From Octopus vulgaris (lineage: Eukaryota), in contig OX597816.1 in the NCBI GenBank assembly GCA_951406725.2, positions 133,238,001 through 133,302,000 on the forward strand: 64,000 nucleotides of DNA, given 5' to 3'. A model generated the notes under the pieces. The model was not told the origin of the DNA and did not search any database. It saw nothing but the letters and a program-made list of their open reading frames with translations. The position numbers were made by a program, and so were the translations under genes. Shown here piece after piece: positions 54,526 to 64,000 of the stretch; the stretch's first letter is position 1; each line of letters starts with the position of its first letter.

Positions 54526-55858
54526 TGTATATATAAATATACACACCTTAGCTTGCTTACACAGCTTTAATGAATATATGCAATATGCGTATGTAAATAT
54601 GCTGCACATGTATATAATCCTGTAAATATATGTTTATTGTGACGCACGCACACACACCCAAAATATGGATTTTTGAGACGTGTGTGTGTATATGTGTGCG
54701 TGTCTATGTGTATGTGTGCCTAAATATGTATGCGTTAAATGAATGTGTTTGCGCTCGTGTGTGAACTGGTGGATCTGTGTATAAATTCGTTCAAGTTCAA
54801 AACTTTATGATGCACAGAATATTTATAAAGATATTAAGACAACCTTTATTACAAAGATTTTCATATGTGACGCAGCACAGGCAGGCCCACACATACATAA
54901 GCACACACACACACACATACACACACACATACACACACACACACACACACAGACTTCTAAATATGCTTTTTATAGATATACGTTTATATGCGTATTCTTA
55001 CTCTAATGTCACACATCCATAGAATTATCCACATTTTCTGGTGTAAACTTTTACAGACGTACATTGCGTATATTCATTCAAATTATGTATGTAAGCTAAG
55101 ATGAAGATACTTCCATTTCAGATTTTTAAGTGAATCATACAGAGAGAACATTGTTCTGTAAACAAGTTTGTTCTCTAAAGAAAGATCTTTCAGTAAAAAT
55201 TAAGTAGTTTAGCAGCCTTATTTGGTTGTCGGGCTTTCTAAGATGTTTTGTGTGTAGCATAACTGAAACATCGCTCCTTATTAAGTTAAAATAATTGCAT
55301 ATATATATATACAGACACATACACATACACAAACATACATACACACACATACACAGATATATATCTACATACATACGCACATACACACACACACACACAC
55401 ACATATATATAAACAAATATATACATATATATTTATGTATGTATGTATTACTTCTTGCTCAAAGATTTATTATATATATATATATACTTAGAAATACATA
55501 CTTATAAATACATACATACATACATACATAAATATATACATGTGTGTGAACAAGGGTCCTAAAACAGAGGGTGCACTTGCACCCACTAAAATTTTGTGGG
55601 TGTGCAAAGTTCTATATGGCACCTGCTACTTACCTTTTCCAGGCTTGGAAATAAATAAGACCAAAGAACTAGGACAAATAAAAGAACCCTCACCCACCCA
55701 CCCACCAAATCTCTAGAAAGATATATTACTGAACTAAAGCATCTTCAACATTAAAAAATTAAATTACATATTATATATCAAGGCCGTGCTCCAGCAAGGC
55801 CGCAAAAAATGACTGAAACAAGTAAAAGAATAAAAGAATATATATGTATGTATATAAG

Positions 55859-55957
<99 letters not shown>

Positions 55958-56759
55958 ATAGAAATGGTAAGACAACAAAAGAGTGAAAGAGACCTCGATA
56001 TTATGTAAATAGAGGAATTTATCTAGTGAAAGATAATATTGTTTAGCACTTTCATGATCAGAGAATTATCTGCCATTCCATTGTTGAAGGATCAACGAAT
56101 ATCCTTAATAAAAGATAAAAGAAGTTACTAGTTCTATCTTTGAAGAGGAAGTGAACATATGTCACTGGAAACTTTGTAAATCTCATAAAAGAACTCGCCG
56201 AAGAGTGTGGTGCAAAAGTAAGTCAGCGGCTTAAACGACGGGTTAATTTCCTATTTGATACCATACAAAATGAAATCATAGAGGCATATGCTTATTACAC
56301 TCTACATGAAATCAGAAAAAAATTTGAGGCTTCCATGTTTATTTGTATTATGCGAGCTGGCGGAATCGTTAACAGTGAGTTGGCATAATCGTTAGCACGC
56401 TGGACGTAATTTTTTTAGCAGTATTTCGCCCGTCGCTGCGTTCTGGGTTCAAATTCCTCCGAGGTCGACTTTGCCTTTCATTTTTTCGGGACCGTTAAAT
56501 TAAGTACCAGTAAAATACTTGAATCGATATAATCGACTAGTCTTCTCCCTCAAAAGTTCAGGCCTTGTACCTATAGTAGAAAGGATTAAATTTGATTGCT
56601 CTGGCATGGAACAAAAATCAATTATTGTGGTTATGCTTCTGAAAACCAGGATGTCTACGAAGATTTTCTCCTACCTAACTAACTGCGGTTATGCTGGATG
56701 TTTGTTTTTTATTGCCTAAACTTTGAGCTGGACCCAAAATTATTCTTCCAAAAGTCACA

Positions 56760-58336
56760 AGGTGTGATGGACTCATCGAGATCAGTTGCAGCTATTGCTT
56801 GCCGCAGCGTACTCTTCATATAGTAACGCTTGAAGATAGCAATTATTTCCTGATCTTTTGTCTGCAGAAGAGACGTGGTTTTCGGAGGGAGCTATACGAC
56901 GGTAACGTTAGGGTCAAAATCTACGACGTTTTGTGGGTGGCCAGGAGTATTATCTAAGATAAGAAAAACCTAAGAAGGAATTACCTTCTCCTTACAGTAC
57001 TTCTCTGCTGCTGGAATAAAATGATCAAAGAACCAATCTTCAAAAACAACAACAATAACCCATGCTTTTGAATTGGTCATCCACATAACAGAAAGAGATG
57101 ACTAAGGTATGTTCTTCAGGACACGGTGGGGTTGTGTGCATGATACACTAGCAATGGCTTTAACTTAAAATCTCCTGCACAACTACCTCCCAACATAATG
57201 GTCACACGTTCTTTTGAGATCTTGTAGCCTGGAATAGTTTTCTCCTCCTTGGAAATGAATAAACGGTCTGGCAACTGTTTCCAATACAAACCAGTTTTGT
57301 CTACGTTAAAAATCTGTTCAGGAGGAAACCCGTTTTCTTCGATAATTTTCTTTAATGCGTTAGGAAATTCCGCTGCTGCTTGTTCGTCAGCTAATGCACT
57401 TTCACCTTGCTCCTTAATGGAGTGATAACTTCTTCGCTCTTTAATTCTCATGAACCATCCTTGACTTGCCTTGAACTCTACATCTTTCTCATCTGGATAT
57501 TTTTCCTTCAGGTCCTCAAATAAAGACAACCCTTTATTTGAATGATTGGAATGATTTCGTGACTAATAGTAGCACACTGACGATTCAACCTAACAATACA
57601 AAGAGAAAGATTTTCCATTTCTTCAAAGATTTTGCCTCTTTTTTGTATTGATGACAATGTTCTTCATCCCTGGGGTTTCAGATTTGATATGTGCTAAAAT
57701 CTTGTCCTTATTATGTACAATCGTCGATACGGTTGTCTGACTCATCCCAAAAGATCGTGCAATAGCTACCGCTTTTTTACCTTTTGCATGGCGTTTTATC
57801 ATAGCCAGTTATCTTCCAGCGTTAATAGCATGACGCTTAGCACTTTCATTGTGAATTTTCTTAGAAGACATGGAGGCAAAAATAAAGTTACAAATGAATG
57901 AGATTGAGAAAGTAGCCGATAAACAGGCGTAAACAAATCTGAATTCAAAACAATCGCAGTAATCACGAGTGACAACGACGCCTAACGGTAAATATTGGAA
58001 CTACAGTGTAATAAGAGCTCCGAAAGACCGATATATAAAACAACACAGCTGATTTCATGATTTTGTTCATTAAGCTACACTACTTTATGGTGTGTATCTT
58101 TACATTTACTGTACGTATTTTGATATGATTTTATATGCTTTTATTCTTATTTTATTGTACAGTAACATAATTTTATATGCTTTTAACGGTTTTCTAGTGA
58201 TTTTACGATTCCAATATTTGTGGCGGACAGATACAAAGTCGAGAAAAATGACTTTTATTTTTCCATGTGTTATTTTTGAAAACCGACGTATAATCGGAAA
58301 CCACTTAAATCGAAACCAACTTAAGTCGAGGTATGC

Positions 58337-58338
<2 letters not shown>
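56760..58338 (-). mobile_element. Tigger/pogo DNA transposon remnant
   Basis: ORF 57116-57529 has FKASQGWFMRIKER...GESALAD...PEQIFNVDKTGLYWKQLPDRLFISKEEK..PGYK.SKERVTIMLG..AGDFKLKPLLVYH. The terminus near 58338 resembles Tigger TIRs. Confidence 0.92.
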
Positions 58339-58430
<92 letters not shown>

Positions 58431-58593
58431 AGAGAAAGCCAGACGAATCACCAATACGGCTAAGCAACTTTATAGGTGCGAAATCAATGGTCACTCTCTG
58501 ACCGGCCATAATACTCAACTTCCTAAAAGAAAAAAAGTATCACTGATCTAATGTTTTAGAGTGTACTTCTTTCTGGGATATATGAACTACTGA

Positions 58594-58660
<67 letters not shown>

Positions 58661-58666
<6 letters not shown>

Positions 58667-58990
58667 GTGAATGGAAGAAATGGGCTCTTAAGGAGCGTCC
58701 TCGTTCGAATTGCTTTGCTGCGCCTCTGTTTTGTTTTGTTATGTCAACGTAATTCCTGCTTTTTCCTGAAGAGAAAGCTGCAATATGGTATCCTTATTTA
58801 ATCAGAATTTGGAAAATTGTGGCCTTTGAAACATGTGTAGAATGTAATAAAAGGAATTCTGTACAATCTTCGTTCAACTCCATTTCTTCCATTCACTAAT
58901 TATATTAAACTTCAATTATCCGCACCAACGCACGGTTGCAACACCAAATGGTCTTATCTCCAACCGTGTTTTTTTCTGCTGTGATTTTTG
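58661..58990 (+). mobile_element. Penelope-type solo pseudo-LTR with short inverted 5' segment
   Basis: taattagtgaatggaagaaatgg (58661-58683) is the exact inverse of 58880-58902. It abuts (TA)n and contains a hammerhead and AATAAA. Confidence 0.78.
58751..58858 (+). ncRNA. Type I hammerhead ribozyme motif (family H5)
   Basis: ttc-CTGAAGA-gaaagctgcaat...attgtggccttt-GAAAC-atgt-GTA|gaa. Stem II 11/12 pairs, palindrome ACATGT in stem III, distal stem I aattcct/aggaatt with AATAAA in the bulge. Predicted cleavage after 58839. Confidence 0.78.
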
Positions 58991-59065
58991 CTACCCAGGT
59001 ATCGGTTAAACTTTTGAATAATCTGTAACAAGAAAATTCATCTTTCCATTTCAACTATATATATA

Positions 59066-59571
59066 TCTATATATATAAAACTCTAGTTGTGTGAGTGTCT
59101 GTCCCCTTCGATTTAGATTCCTAACTCCTCCCACATTTTGCGGTGCAGTTTAACCAAATTCGGGTATCTTATAGTCATGATTCATATCGAGCCCGTCTGA
59201 CTATTAGCGCGCGTCAACGATGAGTCTACGATTTTAAAAATAATTTAACATCATTTTTTATTCCATTTTAATGCATAAAATGCATCGTGTGTCGATGGCG
59301 GCGGAGTTGGCGTCCTCGCTCACAGCTGCACCTGTTTGCTTCTCCCCCTTCCCTCCCTCGTGAAGCTGTGGGGAAGGGAGTGTAAAGAAATCAACGTCGT
59401 TATGCGTTGTGAAGGAAACCAGCGTTCTTTTAGAACAACGACTTCATGGCTTGAAGACACCAAAACAAAAATGGCTAAGAAAGCCCGAATTTATAAGGGA
59501 AGTAACTCTCTAAAAATGCTTATATAGTTATTTCCCTTACAAACCCGAGCAACGCCGGGCGATACTGCTAG
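59066..59571 (+). mobile_element. Non-autonomous Helitron-like element
   Basis: A|TCtatatatataaaac start; hairpin cccgagcaacgccggg; CTAG|T end. Confidence 0.85.
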
Positions 59572-60105
59572 TATATATATATAACTGTCCGTCTCTCTTC
59601 CCACTACCACGTGACCGGTGTCCACTAAAGGTGGTGTCATTCTTTTTCGCCCTGCCTTTGGACCAGGCCGGTCATGTTTGTCTGGGCTTCTAGCTCTGTC
59701 TCTTAGGCCTTTTTCCATTTCTCCTTTGCGTTACCTCATTGTATATATATATATGATTATTCTCTGGTTGTTGTATAGTCGAGAGGCCTTTTTCTGTTGT
59801 ATATGTATAGTTATTCTTTTTCTGTTGTATATGTATTTATATTTTTCTTATTTTTGTTGTATACGTACAATTGTTATATTTTTTTAGCTTGGCTTGTTTG
59901 TTTTTGTTCTTGAATACATTTGTTAGCTATTCTCAGAGGTTTCCTGTTAAAAGCGCAAAACAAGTAGGATGTCTTGGACACTGACTGATGAGGAATCAGC
60001 AGCGAATTTTCCGTATATTATGTTTTTGTCTAATTTTCTCTTTCGTTATGTTTTATTAATTTTCCGTTTATGTTTTCGTGCTAGCAGCAGTTTGTCACTT
60101 ATATG

Positions 60106-60174
<69 letters not shown>

Positions 60175-60253
60175 TGATGCATGCATGCATGCATGCATGC
60201 ATGCATGCATGCATACATACATACATACATACATACATACATACATACATACA

Positions 60254-60285
<32 letters not shown>

Positions 60286-61230
60286 CATACATACATACAT
60301 ACATACATACATACATACATACATACATTGATATGAGTGAGATTCACATGTAGTAATTCTTTATGTCGAACTGAATAAATGAGATATTGTTATTGCTAAG
60401 ATTTTCAAACCACAGTATTACATCCTCGGTACACTTCCATAGACTCTAGACTTGGGTCTACGTTTTCCTTATTTTTAGGAATTACCCTGTCTTAAATATT
60501 CTTAATAATATAACTAATATCTGATTCTGAGGAGCAAATAAGTTACATGGAGAGGTTGAAGTAAAATCTATCTTATGGACCGTAAGATTCGGCTCATCTT
60601 TTTTCCCTTTGAAATTAGATATCGTCTGCATTAATAAGAATATTTTACATAGGCTCATTGCTAATATGTATGGGAGTGTACCAGGGGGTTATACTTTGGC
60701 CTCAAAAGCTTTAGTAATAAGAACAATAATGTACACACACACACACACATACATACACACGCACACACGCGCGCGCGCGCACAGACAAACACACACTCAT
60801 ACACAAAAATAAACACACGCACACACATACACACACATATCTTTTTGTACGAGCGTATGTGTGAGAGAAAGAGACTGAAAAGGTAGGAGAGTGAATGTAT
60901 AATTGTAATGATTATTCAGACCCCAGAGCGGATGTGAAGATTCATTTAGATTAAAAGGAAATAACATATGAACAGTGGATAGTATTTTAGTCCAAATGGC
61001 GACTTCTGTTTACTACGCATGTGAAAGATGTTTTCTCTGATCTGTGTAAGTGTGTGGGTTGAATGGATTGATTGAAGTCGCTCTGCGTTGTAATTCAACC
61101 TTGATACTTCTTCCTCTGGATAAGTTGCTCTGCACCAAAAATAAAAACAACAACAAATTCTTTATTAACGACAAGGGTTTACATTATGAAAAACATTATG
61201 GACAGTACTAGAAAACTCATTAAACAAATT

Positions 61231-61458
61231 GAAATGGATCTTTTCCTTTTGATGGACGGAATTTTCTAGTTAACTAAACAATTTGAAACTTCGTATACTG
61301 GTAGAATGTGTCAAATGAAAACAATATTGTAAACAAAATTGTAATTTGTAAGTTTAACGTAGTTTAATTCTTCGAATTTTAACCAATGAAATGCCAGCAT
61401 TTGAGCTCAGATCATTTGCTGCGTCTAAAAACTCAGACAATATCCTCTTGCAACGTAA

Positions 61459-61508
<50 letters not shown>

Positions 61509-62482
61509 TTATTCGTCCTTCTCTCTTCTGTCTGTTTGGTAAACAAAGGCGGAAGGAGGAGGCATGTGCTAGAAATAACAGCTATATCTCTTAAATCGAT
61601 GAATTTCGTCGCCCAATAAAAATATTAACGATATTTTTTTAATATTTTCTTTATTTTTTTTTTAACGAAAAGGCTTCTCCCATGGTTTTGAAGGGCCAGA
61701 AACAACAAAAACAAAACAATAATATGCCTAAATCGGTCTAGAGGGTGCGCGTGGAGTGTGGGTCGTATTGTAAAAATTTGCGAAATAGTTTTTCATAAAA
61801 GGATGCCCCAGCTTGTCGGAGGCTATGATATAGATTGGGAAAAAAATCCTCGACACCAGTGCGTAATTGGTACTTAATTTATCGACCCCGAAACGATGAA
61901 ACATTGACCCCCCCCCCCCACCTTCTGGTTTATTTACCTTTTGTGTAAATTTGTTGCGGCAAGGGGCAAAACACAGAGGGGACAAAGCATGAGATACAAA
62001 AGTATTAAGTCGATTCTATCGACACCAGTGCGAACTCACGAACGTGTATGTATGCTTGTGTGCGTATGTGTGTATGTATATCTCCGTTTGTATGTGTGTG
62101 TGTACGCTTATATATTAATTACTGTGCTTGTGCAAATGTATATGCATGTGTTTGAGAGAGAGAGAGAGAGAGAGTGACAGAGTGTGTGTGTGTGTGTGTG
62201 TGCAAGTGTACGTGTGTATGTATCTGAATATATGTGTGTGCAAGTGTATGCGGCGTGCGTCTGCTATGTTTCTTTATCAATATCGATAACGCAGCAAATG
62301 ATTTGAGCTCAAATGCTGGCATTTCATTGGTTAAAATTCGAAGAATTAAACTACGTTAAACTTACAAATTACAATTTTGTTTACAATATTGTTTTCTTTT
62401 GACACATTCTACCAGTATACGAAGTTTCAAATTGTTTAGTTAACTAGGAAAATCTGGCCTTCAAAAGGAAAAGATCCATTTC
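61231..62482. mobile_element. Non-autonomous DNA transposon/foldback with ~194-bp terminal inverted repeats
   Basis: 61231-61424 is a near-identical inverse of 62289-62482. The interior holds microsatellites and a family-A SINE; no clear TSD. Confidence 0.85.
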
Positions 62483-63179
62483 CTAGTAATGTAAGTCACG
62501 ATATAATTGTTTCTTTCTTATCTACAAATAAACCTATTCAGTTATTCAGAAAGAAATTCTTTTCTTTAATATATATATAGACGACAGATTGTCTTGACAT
62601 TTAACGTTCATTTTGAAACAGCCTTCTTTCACAGAAAAATTATCTCATTCACCAGAGAACGTTGTGTTTGAATGAATTTCATAATCTTCTGTAGAAAAAG
62701 AAATTGTCAAGTGTTCCTTAATCTATAAACTTCCATACAATCATTTTCACGTATACTAATATAAAGAAATTCATACTTTGAATATGAATTTTCATATACA
62801 CTCTTGTCTTGTAAACGGCCATTGTACCGCTGACACCACAGATCGCTTCGGCGATATGCGCAGATGAATTCATACATTTTGGGACTGATCGCATATTGTC
62901 ACACAGATAGCTTCTATAATTTCGGAGTAGTTTTTTTTTTTCTCACTCCCAGTCGGTAATATTACTATTGTGTGGTAGGTTAAGAAATGATCAATTATTT
63001 CATTTAATCTTTGTGCAAAATCTATATTTTTCATATTATAATATTCGTTTGTTATACTTTTTTTTTTGCCGCTCGTGTTACAAAAGTCGTGACGGATATG
63101 AAGATATGTGTGTGTGTGTGTGTGTGTGGTCAGTTAATAAAGAAGCACACTCTAAAAAAATAGAGCAGTAATTATTACA

Positions 63180-63271
63180 ACAAAATTTTATATAGAGTTA
63201 CCCAAGGTTTCCCACCCACAAGCCTCGGCTTGTGGGTGGGAAACCTTGAGTAACTCTATATAAAATTTTGT
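63180..63271. repeat. Near-perfect palindrome, 45-bp arms, 2-nt centre
   Basis: acaaaattttatatagagttacccaaggtttcccacccacaagcc-tc-ggcttgtgggtgggaaaccttgagtaactctatataaaattttgt, one mismatch. Confidence 0.95.
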
Positions 63272-64000
63272 GGATACATTTAGAAAGTACTTCTTTGTGG
63301 TTGTTTAATGCGCGAGGCTTCTGAAAATCCTAATGAATTTTGGCTCTCTCCGTGATACATATCTTCCAACGGCCACTTCCATTAATATACGCGCCCGGAA
63401 AATCAATTAATTTCCACATTAACATCGCACGGGGTCCCTTGATCTTTGAGATTCCACACATGGCGGGCCAGAGACGTGACAAACCGTCTTTCTGTGACTC
63501 TGAAGGATAACTAGTGGTTAAAAAAACCTTTCTTGAACGAAGTACTCACAATATATTTATAAACATGGGATGTGGTCCTATTCGCACTCCTGGTAACATT
63601 TGGCACGGGTCATCCATCGGTATCGAAGATGAATGTTTGGTCCTCATCTGAGGCGGCGGAACTGGGAATGGCAGACACCTCCTCCAAGTCTTTTTCTGGA
63701 TAGATCAATGTTTCCAGGTGCAGCGTTTGTATTGGTCACTTCATCTGCATCTATGGTTTGTTCATTATCCGTGGCGGTGGTATCGAGATCTTCGGTGATG
63801 CTGGTCTCGGCTTGGTTATTATCTCTGGGCGTGGCCACTGTATTGGCGAGACTCGGTTAATTTGCTGTTCGATGTTACATTACTTTTATAACGGATATTA
63901 GATTTAGTTATCACTGTAGCCTCATATGTGACACCTTCAGCCTCGCATCGGCCTCATACTGGACAGTTATATGCAGTTGTTATTACAGGCGCATATGGAA
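63227..64000 (-). mobile_element. Penelope-like element GIY-YIG endonuclease region (decayed; runs off the window)
   Basis: Across frameshifts: CACN...NCPV*GRCEAEGVTYEATV ... KYIVSTSFKK-RFFNH*LSFR...TSLARHVWNLKDQG...W.LI...AYING...ICITERAKI...LNNHKEVLSKCIH. Confidence 0.85.

Noticed and set aside
59985-60013. CTGATGA-ggaa...ttcc-G
   Set aside because: Stem II is present but the GAAA box and downstream strand are lost.

Overview
This is AT-rich, microsatellite- and SINE-saturated eukaryotic DNA. The repeat landscape looks like an octopus/cephalopod genome (inference from SINE families and microsatellite density; not verified). There is one host gene: a two-exon, minus-strand vanin/biotinidase-family gene (exon 1 15758-15516, 13-kb phase-0 intron, exon 2 2511-1096; 552 aa with signal peptide and GPI-type tail). 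Two of its three nitrilase catalytic residues appear replaced (Lys->Arg, Cys->Ser) in an otherwise intact ORF, so it is a candidate pseudoenzyme. The rest is decayed transposons (RTE, CR1-like and R4/Dong-like LINEs, Penelope-like elements, mariner/Tc1, Tigger/pogo, hAT, Helitrons, MITEs, tRNA-derived SINEs). The strongest hidden signal is non-coding: nine type-I hammerhead-ribozyme motifs (intact or near-intact) from five unrelated sequence families, all with a palindromic or near-palindromic, dimer-type stem III. Two loci carry tandem hammerheads 490 nt apart (35844-36620, identical 287-bp repeats) and 344 nt apart (10273-10956). This is a retrozyme / Penelope pseudo-LTR architecture predicted to release small, possibly circular, RNAs. 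Almost all short ORFs in the ORF track are microsatellite artefacts. All alignments were done by eye, and boundaries of decayed repeats are approximate.
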